Shown one piece after another: positions 43,325 through 50,903 of a stretch of DNA of 64,000 bases; the first letter of the stretch is position 1, and every line of letters starts with the position of its first letter. Source of the stretch: Candidatus Methylomirabilia bacterium (lineage in GTDB: Bacteria; Methylomirabilota; Methylomirabilia; Rokubacteriales; CSP1-6). A program made the translations under genes and the position numbers. The notes under the pieces are model-generated. The model was not told the DNA's origin. It saw only the letters and a program-made list of their open reading frames with translations, and did not search any database. The DNA is taken from contig JBGQEL010000012.1 in the NCBI GenBank assembly GCA_041496385.1, positions 11,409 to 75,408 on the forward strand, read 5' to 3'.

Positions 43325-45003
43325 GCCTCACCCGGCGCGACCTGCTGACGGTCCTGGCCGTCGCGGCGGCGGCGGGGCTCGCGCCGCGCCGGCTCGAGGC
43401 GGCCGACGGTCCCGAACGGCTCCTCGAGGTCGAGCCGCTCGGCAACGTGACGCTGCTCCACCTCACGGATTCGCACGGGACGCTCCGGCCCGTGCACTAC
43501 CGCGAGCCCGACACGCTCGTCGGCGTCGGCGCCGAGCGCGGGAAGGCGCCGTTCCTGACGGGCGCCGAGTTCCTGCGCGCGTATCACCTGGCGCCCGGCT
43601 CCGCCCTCGCCCACGCCTGCACGCATCTCGACTTCCCGGCGCTGGCGGCGCGCTACGGGCGGATGGGCGGCTATGCCCACCTCGCGACGCTCGCCGGCCG
43701 CGTGCGCGCCGAGCGGGCGGGGAAGACGCTGCTCCTCGACGGCGGCGACACCTGCCAGGGCTCGGCGACCGCGCTCTGGAGCCGCGGCGAGGACATGATC
43801 CGCGCCGCGAACCAGCTCGGTGTCGAGGTGATGACGCCGCACTGGGAGTTCGTCTACGGGCTGGACCGGGTGCGCGAGCTCTTCGGCGAGGGCGAGCGGC
43901 GCGGCCTCTTCGCGGGCGACTTCGTCGCGCAGAACGTCACGCGCACGGGCTGGGGTGACCGCGTCTTCGCGCCGTACACGATCCGCGAGGCCGGCGGCGT
44001 GCGCATCGGGGTGATCGGCCAGGCGTTCCCGTACGTCCCGGTGTCGCATCCGCGACGCCTGGTGCCCGACCTGACGTTCGGCATCCAGGAGGGCCCGCTC
44101 CAGGCCCTCGTGGGGGAGGTGCGCGACGCGCGGCGCGTGGAGCTGGTCGTGCTCCTGTCGCACAACGGCATCGCCGTGGACCTGAAGCTCGCCGCCCGCG
44201 TCCAGGGGCTCGACGTCGTGCTGGGCGGCCACACCCACGACGCGCTCCCGGAGCCCATCGTCGTCGGGCGCACGCTCGTCGTGAACTCGGGCTCGCACGG
44301 CAAGTTCCTCTCGCGCCTGGACCTCGACGTGCGCCAGGGCCGCGTCGCGGGCTGGCGCTACCGGCTCCTCCCCGTGCTCGCCCGGTCCATCCCCGAGGAT
44401 CCCGCGATGGCACGGCTCGTCGCCGAGCTGCGCCGGCCGTACGAGGCGACGCTCGCCGAGCCGCTCGCGGTCTCCGAGTCGCTGCTCTACCGCCGCGGCA
44501 ACTTCAACGGCACCTTCGACGAGCTGATCCTCGACGCGCTCCTCCAGCGCTTCGACGCCGAGGTTGCCTTCTCACCGGGGTTCCGCTGGGGCCCGACGAT
44601 CGTGCCCGGGCAGACGATCACGCGCGAGGACGTCTACGCCCACACGGCGCTCACGTACCCGAACACCTGGGCGCGCGCGATGACGGGCCGCGAGATCCTG
44701 GCGCTCATGGAGGACGTCGCCGACAACCTCTACCACCCCGATCCGTACTACCGGCAGGGCGGCGACATGCTGCGCGTCGGCGGCCTCACGTACGCGATCG
44801 ACCCGCAGGCGGCGATGGGCCGGCGGATCCGCGACGTCCGCGTCGGCGGCCGGACGCTCGAGGCGGAGCGGCAATACAAGGCCGCGGGCTGGGCGAGCCT
44901 CGGCGAGGCCGCGGGGCCGCCCGCGTGGGACGTCGTTGCTGCCCACCTGCGGGCGCTCGGGCGCGTCCGGCTCGACCCGCGGCCGCGCGTCCGCGTCCTG
45001 TGA
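43321..45003 (+). CDS. soxB: thiosulfohydrolase SoxB (apparent CTG start overlapping upstream TGA)
   Basis: In-frame part of ORF 42517..45003; Tat signal LSLTRRDLLTVLAVAAAAGLAP; 5'-nucleotidase/metallophosphatase motifs (HLTDSHG, GGHTH). No ATG/GTG/TTG between GTG 43198/43201 and the Tat motif; alternative start GTG 43198. Confidence 0.8.
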   Translation: MSLTRRDLLTVLAVAAAAGLAPRRLEAADGPERLLEVEPLGNVTLLHLTDSHGTLRPVHYREPDTLVGVGAERGKAPFLTGAEFLRAYHLAPGSALAHACTHLDFPALAARYGRMGGYAHLATLAGRVRAERAGKTLLLDGGDTCQGSATALWSRGEDMIRAANQLGVEVMTPHWEFVYGLDRVRELFGEGERRGLFAGDFVAQNVTRTGWGDRVFAPYTIREAGGVRIGVIGQAFPYVPVSHPRRLVPDLTFGIQEGPLQALVGEVRDARRVELVVLLSHNGIAVDLKLAARVQGLDVVLGGHTHDALPEPIVVGRTLVVNSGSHGKFLSRLDLDVRQGRVAGWRYRLLPVLARSIPEDPAMARLVAELRRPYEATLAEPLAVSESLLYRRGNFNGTFDELILDALLQRFDAEVAFSPGFRWGPTIVPGQTITREDVYAHTALTYPNTWARAMTGREILALMEDVADNLYHPDPYYRQGGDMLRVGGLTYAIDPQAAMGRRIRDVRVGGRTLEAERQYKAAGWASLGEAAGPPAWDVVAAHLRALGRVRLDPRPRVRVL

Positions 45004-45079
45004 TCCAGGCGCTCGCGCTGGCGCTCGTCGCGCTCGCCGCGGCCCCGGCGGCGGCGCAGGAGATCGATCTGCCCGGCCC

Positions 45080-45997
45080 CTAGCCGCGCCGCCCGCGGGG
45101 CGGACCGCCGGCGTCCGAGAGCGCCGCGCGCAGCACGCCGAGCAGGGACCGCGCCTCCGGCGAGAGCGGCCGCTGCCGCGGGTGGATCACGTCGAGGCTC
45201 CGCGCGAGCGGCTCGGCGCCGACGATGTGGATCGCCACGAGCGAGCGCCGCCGGAGCTCCCGGCCGACGGCGAGGTGGGGCAGGAACGCGAAGCCGACCC
45301 CCCGCTCGACCATCTTCTTCGCCGTCTCGATCGTCTCGACCTCCAGCACCACGTTCGGCACGAGCCCCGCCCGGCGGAAGAGACCGTGGGTGAGCGTCCA
45401 GTCACTCGAACCCCGGTCGAAGAAGACGAGCCGCCGCTCGGCCACCTGCTCGAGCCGCGCCCGCCGCTCGCGCGGCGGCCACGAGGCCGGGCGCGCGACC
45501 AGGATGAGCGGATCGTCGCGCAGCGAGAGCGTCTCGACGTCGGGGTGGTGGAGCGAGCGCGCCAGCCCGACCTCCGCCTCGCCGCGCAACACCATCTCGA
45601 GGACCTCCTTCGAGTGGCCCGAGCGCACCGTGATGAGCGTCTTCGGGTGCGCCGTCTGGAAGCGCTTGAGCACGTCGGGCAGCAGGTACGTGCAGATGGA
45701 GAGCACGGCCGCGATCTGGAGCGCGCCGCCCGCGGCCGGCCGGAGGTCGTGGACCGCCTGGCGGGCGAGCGCCACGGCCTGCAGGAGGTGCTCGGCGCGG
45801 GGCTTGAGTACGCGGCCCGCCGCCGAGAGCGCGAAGCCGTGCTTGCCGCGCTCGAAGAGCTTCACGCCGAGCGACGCCTCGAGCGACCGGATCCGCGCGC
45901 TGACGGCGGGCTGGGTGAGGCGCAGCGCTTCGGCCGCGCGGCGGAAGCCGCCGAAGGTGCCGACGGCGAGGAACGCCTCGACCTGCGGGATCTCCAT
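45080..45997 (-). CDS. LysR family transcriptional regulator
   Basis: 305 aa; N-terminal wHTH (FRRAAEALRLTQPAVSARIRSLE) plus LysR substrate-binding domain. Confidence 0.85.
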   Translation of the reverse strand: MEIPQVEAFLAVGTFGGFRRAAEALRLTQPAVSARIRSLEASLGVKLFERGKHGFALSAAGRVLKPRAEHLLQAVALARQAVHDLRPAAGGALQIAAVLSICTYLLPDVLKRFQTAHPKTLITVRSGHSKEVLEMVLRGEAEVGLARSLHHPDVETLSLRDDPLILVARPASWPPRERRARLEQVAERRLVFFDRGSSDWTLTHGLFRRAGLVPNVVLEVETIETAKKMVERGVGFAFLPHLAVGRELRRRSLVAIHIVGAEPLARSLDVIHPRQRPLSPEARSLLGVLRAALSDAGGPPRGRRG

Positions 45998-46002
45998 GGC
46001 TG

Positions 46003-46030
46003 ATAAATATATTTTATCTCGCTTATAAAA
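46003..46030. promoter_or_regulatory. AT-rich divergent promoter region with LTTR-type T-N11-A box (TTATCTCGCTTATAA) and ATAAA-N5-TTTAT inverted repeat
   Basis: Only strongly AT-rich stretch in the window (tgataaatatattttatctcgcttataaaaacaatcac), located between the divergent LysR start (45997) and the small ORF at 46129. Confidence 0.45.
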
Positions 46031-46128
46031 ACAATCACGTTGCTTTACCCGTCGCCGGCCGCCAAAGTGCTCTCACGCAACACGACGGGACACGAGAAAT
46101 TTCCGGAAACGACGAGGAGGAAACGACG

Positions 46129-46293
46129 ATGCCGACGACATGCGAGTGCGGGATGACGCTGGAGCTGCCGTCGAGCCGGACCGGCTGCCCGGAGTGCGGG
46201 ACCGCCGGCTGCCGGAGCTGCTCGATCGAGATGGAGGCCACCCACTACTGCCGCTGGTGCGCGACGTCGCTCGCGCTCGGCCAGCCGGCCTGA
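46129..46293 (+). CDS. small Cys-rich zinc-ribbon protein (54 aa)
   Basis: Not in ORF track (<60 codons). ATG 46129 preceded by AGGAGGA at ~-10; MPTTCECGMTLELPSSRTGCPECGTAGCRSCSIEMEATHYCRWCATSLALGQPA; four C-x(1-2)-C pairs; followed by a second GAGGAGGA RBS for the next gene. Confidence 0.5.
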   Translation: MPTTCECGMTLELPSSRTGCPECGTAGCRSCSIEMEATHYCRWCATSLALGQPA

Positions 46294-46308
46294 GGAGGAC
46301 ACCGGACC

Positions 46309-47280
46309 GTGGAAAACATGGGACGCATCTTCCGCCAGCTGCTCCTGACCGAGCCGTACCTGTTCACCGGCGGCGTCTATGACCCGCTGGGCGCCCAGCT
46401 CGCCGAGCGCACGGGCATGAAGTCGATCTATCTCAGCGGGTATTCGATGGCGATGGCCAACGGCTGGCCGGACATGGGGTTCCTCACCCAGACCGAGGTG
46501 ACGCGCATCGCCTCGATGGTCGCGAGCGCGACGAGCCTGCCCATCATCGCCGACGCCGACGACGGCTACGGCAACGCGCTCTCCACGATCCGGACGGTGC
46601 AGGAGTACGTCAAGACGGGCGTCGCGGGCATCCACCTCGAGGACCAGGTGTTCCCCAAGCGCTGCGGCCACATCGCGGGCAAGACGATCGTGAGCTTCGA
46701 GGAGGCGCTGGGCAAGTACCGCGCCGCCGTCGACACGCGCAACCGGCTCGACCGCGACTTCGTCATCATCGCGCGGACGGACGCGTACGGCGCCGTCGGC
46801 GGGAGCATGGAGGAGGCGATCCGGCGTGGCCGCGCCTACGCCGACGCGGGCGTGGATCTCGTCTGGGCCGAGCTGTCGAACGCCTCGCGCGAGCCGGCGA
46901 TCGCCTTCGCGAAGGCGATGCGCGAGACGCATCCCGCGCTGCCGCTGGCGTTCAACTACTCGTCCTCGTTCCGCTGGCACCAGGACCCGAACCCGCTCAG
47001 CTTCAAGGAGCTCGGCGACCTGGGCTACAAGTTCATCTTCATCACGCTCTTCGCGGCGCACGCGGCGACGTACGCGGTGTGGAACGCCATGGAGGAGCTG
47101 GTGCGCGACCAGGAGCAGGCGCAGTGGCGGCTCGAGAAGACGAAGGTCGGGCACCCGACCGAGAGCCATCACGTGATGGCGCGAGTCGCCCATTTCCAGG
47201 AGCTCGAGAAGCGGTACATTCCCGGCACCGCCGAGCGGATCAAGTCCTCGGCCGGCTTCGACGACAAGCGCCTGCACTAG
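46309..47280 (+). CDS. isocitrate lyase/PEP mutase superfamily lyase (2-methylisocitrate lyase-like)
   Basis: 323 aa; LEDQVFPKRCGHIAGK with the K-R-C-G-H lyase signature (not the KTNS of true PEP mutase); GTG 46309 / ATG 46318 downstream of GAGGAGGA. Confidence 0.75.
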   Translation: MENMGRIFRQLLLTEPYLFTGGVYDPLGAQLAERTGMKSIYLSGYSMAMANGWPDMGFLTQTEVTRIASMVASATSLPIIADADDGYGNALSTIRTVQEYVKTGVAGIHLEDQVFPKRCGHIAGKTIVSFEEALGKYRAAVDTRNRLDRDFVIIARTDAYGAVGGSMEEAIRRGRAYADAGVDLVWAELSNASREPAIAFAKAMRETHPALPLAFNYSSSFRWHQDPNPLSFKELGDLGYKFIFITLFAAHAATYAVWNAMEELVRDQEQAQWRLEKTKVGHPTESHHVMARVAHFQELEKRYIPGTAERIKSSAGFDDKRLH

Positions 47281-47313
47281 CCCGCGGGGCCGGCTCCGTC
47301 TCTGAGCTAAGAT

Positions 47314-47342
47314 AGGGCCACTGTGACGTCGACAGTGGCCCT
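47314..47342 (+). terminator. perfect 11-bp inverted repeat hairpin (agggccactgt-N7-acagtggccct) followed by U-rich CUAUUGCUUUCC
   Basis: Lies 34 nt after the ICL-family stop and spans the GTG start (47323) of the redoxin gene. Could be a terminator and/or start-codon-sequestering structure. Confidence 0.3.
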
Positions 47343-47868
47343 ATTGCTTTCCTGTCTCGCCCTCGTCGTCGCCGCGCCCGCCGCGTGCGCCGGCGGCGAG
47401 CGCCTCGACGATCTCGCGATCGACCTCCTGCTGGTCCCGCTCGTGCGCGACCCGGCGCCGTCGCTGGCGCTCGAGGCGATCGACGGGACCCGGGTCGCGC
47501 TCCACGAGCTGCGCGGCCGGCCGGTCCTCCTCTATTTCTGGGAGTCGACGTGACCGTACTGCGCGAGGGAGTTGCCCTCGACGATGGAGCGGGTCGGACG
47601 CGACTTCGGTCCGCGCGGGCTCGCGATCCTCGCGATCAATCTCGGCGAGGGCCGGGAGATCGTCGCGCGCTATGCGCGCGGGAAGGGGCTCACGTCGACG
47701 GTGCTGCTGGATCTGACCGGCGTCGCCGGCCGGGCCTATCGGGTGACCGCCACGCCGACGGTCTTCGTCGTCGGTCGCGACGGGCGGCTCGTCGCCAAGG
47801 CGCTCGGCACGATGGAGTGGACCGGGCCCGCGGGTCGGGCCTTCCTCGAGGCGCTCGTCGAGCGGTGA
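47323..47868 (+). CDS. selenocysteine-containing TlpA/redoxin-like thiol:disulfide oxidoreductase (UxxC), in-frame TGA at 47551-47553
   Basis: Track ORFs 47323..47553 and 47572..47868 are in the same frame, separated only by TGA. Read-through gives ...GRPVLLYFWEST-U-PYCARELP...LAILAINLGEG...LLDLTG..AGRAYRVTATPTVFVVGRDGRLV: a thioredoxin-fold redoxin with TGA exactly at the first Cys of the WCxxC motif. Signal/lipobox-like N-terminus. Confidence 0.7.
47554..47583 (+). promoter_or_regulatory. candidate bacterial SECIS hairpin downstream of the in-frame UGA
   Basis: Stem cgaggg/ccctcg (47564-47569 / 47575-47580) with 5-nt apical loop AGUUG containing G-U; stem begins 10 nt after UGA; extendable with a bulged A (c62-g83, g63-c82). 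Confidence 0.45.
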
Positions 47869-47893
47869 CCTCCACCAACCCCAGGGAGATCCG

Positions 47894-49099
47894 ATGGAAC
47901 GCTTGATCCTGACGGGCGCCACGCTCATCGACGGCACCGGCGCCGAGCCCGTGCGCAACCGCGCGGTCGTAGTCGAGGACGGCCGCATCACAATGGTCGG
48001 TCCCGACGGCGGCCGTTCCGCGGGGGCGACGACGCTCGATCTCCGCGGCCTCACGCTGCTGCCCGGCCTGATCAACTGCCACGTCCACTTCTGCCTCGGC
48101 GGCGAGGCCGACCCGTCGAAGGCGCTGGGCGAGGACGCGCCCGCGCTCCGCGCGATCAAGGCGGCGGTCCGCGCGCGCCAGACGGTCGAGGCCGGTGTCA
48201 CGACGGTGCGCGACCTCGGCGGGCCCGACGGCGCCGCCCTCGCGGTCCGCGACGCCGCGCGCGCCGGGCTCATCCCCGGCCCGCGCGTGCTCGCCGCGGC
48301 GCGCGGCGTCTGCATGACCGGCGGCCACGGCTGGCGCTTCGGCCGCGAGGCCGACGGGCCCGACGACGTGCGTCGCGCGGTGCGTGAGCAGCTCAAAGCG
48401 GGCGCCGACGTCATCAAGATCTTCGCGACCGGCGGGGTGATGACGCCCGGCGTGGAGCCGGGCTCGCCGCAGCTCACGCCCGAGGAGATCCGCGCCGCCA
48501 TCGAGGAGGCGCGCAAGGCGGGCCGGCGGACGGCGGCCCACGCCCAGGCAGAGGCCGGCATCGCCGCCTGCGTGGAGGCAGGCATCGCGTCCATCGAGCA
48601 TGGCATCTTCCTCACCGAGCCGATCGCCCGCGCGATGGCGCGCGACGGGATCGCGCTCGTCGCGACGCTGATCGCCCCCGAGCAGATCGTGAACCACGGC
48701 GTCGCCGCCGGCATCCCCGAGTTCGCGGTGCGCAAGTCGGAGGCCGTGCGCGGGCGCCACTTCGAGAGCTTCCAGCTCGCGATTCGGCTCGGCGTGCCGA
48801 TCGCGGCGGGCACCGACGCGGGCACGCCGCTGAACCCTCACGGCTCGATCGTGCCGGAGCTCGGCCTGATGGTGAAGGCCGGGATGGCGCCGCGCGACGT
48901 GATCCGCTCAGCGACGGCGACGGCCGCGCGCCTGCTCGGCCTCGAGCACGAGACCGGCCGCGTCGCGCCGGGCCTCGCCGCCGACCTCCTCGCCGTCGCC
49001 GGCGACCCCGGCGAGCGGATCGAGGCCCTCGACGACGTGCGGCTCGTGGTGGCCCGCGGCCGGGTCGTCGTGAATCGCCTGGCGGAGGCCGCGCGGTGA
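47894..49099 (+). CDS. amidohydrolase family metal-dependent hydrolase
   Basis: 401 aa; HxH (CHVHF) near the N-terminus and the other Zn-ligand region of the amidohydrolase superfamily. Confidence 0.8.
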   Translation: MERLILTGATLIDGTGAEPVRNRAVVVEDGRITMVGPDGGRSAGATTLDLRGLTLLPGLINCHVHFCLGGEADPSKALGEDAPALRAIKAAVRARQTVEAGVTTVRDLGGPDGAALAVRDAARAGLIPGPRVLAAARGVCMTGGHGWRFGREADGPDDVRRAVREQLKAGADVIKIFATGGVMTPGVEPGSPQLTPEEIRAAIEEARKAGRRTAAHAQAEAGIAACVEAGIASIEHGIFLTEPIARAMARDGIALVATLIAPEQIVNHGVAAGIPEFAVRKSEAVRGRHFESFQLAIRLGVPIAAGTDAGTPLNPHGSIVPELGLMVKAGMAPRDVIRSATATAARLLGLEHETGRVAPGLAADLLAVAGDPGERIEALDDVRLVVARGRVVVNRLAEAAR

Positions 49100-49674
49100 G
49101 CCACTTCTTCGCTTACCTCTCGCGCATGAAGCTCATCCGGCGATGGGGCCTGATGCACAGCGCCTATCCCGAGAGCGTCCAGGAGCACAGCCTGCGCGTC
49201 GCGCAGATCGCGCATGCCCTCGCGCTCATCCGCAACCGGCTCTTCGGCGGGCGGCTCGTGCCGGAGCGCGCCGCGACGCTCGCGCTCTACCACGACGCCG
49301 GCGAGGTCCTGACCGGCGACCTGCCCACCCCCGTGAAGAACTTCAATCCCGAGATCAAGGCCGCGTATCACGGCATCGAGGGCGCCGCGCGACAGAAGCT
49401 CCTCAGCATGCTCCCCGCCGCGCTCGCGGCCGACTACGCGCCGTTCCTCCAGCCCGGCGACGGGGACGGCGCGCACTGGGAGCTGGTTCGGGCCGCCGAC
49501 AAGCTCTGCGCGTACGTCAAGTGCCTGGAGGAGCTCGGCGCCGGGAACCCGGAGTTCTCGGAGGCCGCGAAGACCATCAGAGCGGGGATCGACGCGATCA
49601 CGCTGCCGGAGGTCCGGTACTTCGTCGACACCTTCGTGCCGAGCTTCGGGCTGACCCTCGACGAGCTGCGCTAG
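49096..49674 (+). CDS. yfbR: HD-domain 5'-deoxynucleotidase YfbR-like
   Basis: 192 aa; HD motif (EHSLRVAQIAHAL...HD); GTG overlaps the upstream stop (GTGA). Confidence 0.75.
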   Translation: MSHFFAYLSRMKLIRRWGLMHSAYPESVQEHSLRVAQIAHALALIRNRLFGGRLVPERAATLALYHDAGEVLTGDLPTPVKNFNPEIKAAYHGIEGAARQKLLSMLPAALAADYAPFLQPGDGDGAHWELVRAADKLCAYVKCLEELGAGNPEFSEAAKTIRAGIDAITLPEVRYFVDTFVPSFGLTLDELR

Positions 49675-49694
49675 GGGCGGCGCCGGCCGCGCGC

Positions 49695-50747
49695 CTACGC
49701 GGGACGCGACGCGACGATCTCGGCGTAGAGCGCGGCCTGCCGGTAGAAGTGGCGGAGCACGTAGTGCTCGTTGATGTCGTGCTGCTGATTGTGGCTGTTC
49801 GCGGCCGGGATCCAGAGCGCGGGGATCCGTAGCGTCTCGGTGAAGACGTGGAGCGGCAGGGTGCCGCCGAGGATCGGCAGCGCGACGGGCTCGCCGTCGT
49901 CCTGCTGCTCGAGGAGCCGGAGGAGCCAGCCGAACTCCGGCCGCGCCGGCGAGGTATAGCTCGCCGGCTGGCCGGCCGTCGTGACGGTGAACGTCACGCC
50001 GGGCGTCCGTCCCTGATGATCCGCCACCGCGCGCTCCACGACCTCGACCATCGCCGCCAGCGGCGTGTCGGGTGTGAGGCGGATGTCCAGGCGGGCCTCG
50101 ACCGAGCGCGGGATGATCGTGCGCCGGAGCGTCGGCGACGCGCCGTCGGTCATGAGGTGATTCACGTTGACCGTCGGCCGCAGATACGGCGTCCAGGCCG
50201 CCTTGTCCTCCCACTTGGCGAAGACCCCGGTCGCCTCGCGGCGGAAGGCGTCGTGCCGCGCGGCGTAGTCTCCCACGCGGGTCTCGATGTCCTCGATGAG
50301 GCGCGCGAGCGGCAGCACCGGATTCGGCACGATGTTGCCGTAGTTGCCCGAGTGGACCGACGCGGGCTGGCCGTTGTCGGCGACGAGGTGCACGCCGAGG
50401 AGGCCGCGCACGCCCATGACGAGGGTCGGCGCGTTCTGCTGCTTGGGCCCGTCGGACCCGATCAGCACGTCGGCGGCGAGCCGCGCGCGGTGGGCGCGGG
50501 CGATCGCGTCGAGGTGCGGGCTCCCGTGCTCCTCTTCGCCGTCGAGGATGATCTTGACGCGCCACTCCTGCCGGCCCGCCCGGACCGCGTCGAGCGCCCC
50601 GAGGACGTTCGCCAGGTGCTGCCCCTTGTTGTCGGCGCCGCCACGCGCGACCACGACGACCTCGTCGAGCGCCGCGTCGTCCAGCGTCGCCGGGTCCACG
50701 GGCCGGTCGCCGTGGAAGTAGGCCGGCTCGAAGGGCGCGACCGGCAC
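49695..50747 (-). CDS. M20 family metallopeptidase (N-terminal ~43 codons appear to lie in another frame, 50877..~50775; possible frameshift)
   Basis: 350-aa ORF with H-x-D ... GGADNKG (27-residue spacing as in CPG2) and DGEEEHGS motifs. A convincing M20 N-terminus (MSVRHERLALLDRYLRIATIS...) is encoded from ATG 50877 in a different frame and merges if one G of a GGG run (plus-strand CCC 50776-50778) is removed. Confidence 0.65.
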   Translation of the reverse strand: MPVAPFEPAYFHGDRPVDPATLDDAALDEVVVVARGGADNKGQHLANVLGALDAVRAGRQEWRVKIILDGEEEHGSPHLDAIARAHRARLAADVLIGSDGPKQQNAPTLVMGVRGLLGVHLVADNGQPASVHSGNYGNIVPNPVLPLARLIEDIETRVGDYAARHDAFRREATGVFAKWEDKAAWTPYLRPTVNVNHLMTDGASPTLRRTIIPRSVEARLDIRLTPDTPLAAMVEVVERAVADHQGRTPGVTFTVTTAGQPASYTSPARPEFGWLLRLLEQQDDGEPVALPILGGTLPLHVFTETLRIPALWIPAANSHNQQHDINEHYVLRHFYRQAALYAEIVASRPA

Positions 50748-50903
50748 GTCCTGCCAGCGCCACTTCGCGAGGTCGCCCGTGGGCCTCGTCCACCATCGCG
50801 GGCGTCACCTGGCGGCTGATCGTCGCGATGCGGAGGTAGCGGTCGAGGAGGGCCAGGCGCTCGTGGCGGACGGACATGCGAGTGGCGGTAGTATAGCGCC
50901 GCC

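Noticed and set aside
46309-47280. Assigning the ICL/PEPM-family gene as PEP mutase (partner for a phosphonopyruvate decarboxylase)
   Set aside because: The active-site loop reads FPKRCGHIAGK (lyase signature K-R-C-G-H as in isocitrate/2-methylisocitrate lyase) rather than the K-T-N-S of PEP mutase. It is also 33 kb away from the TPP decarboxylase.
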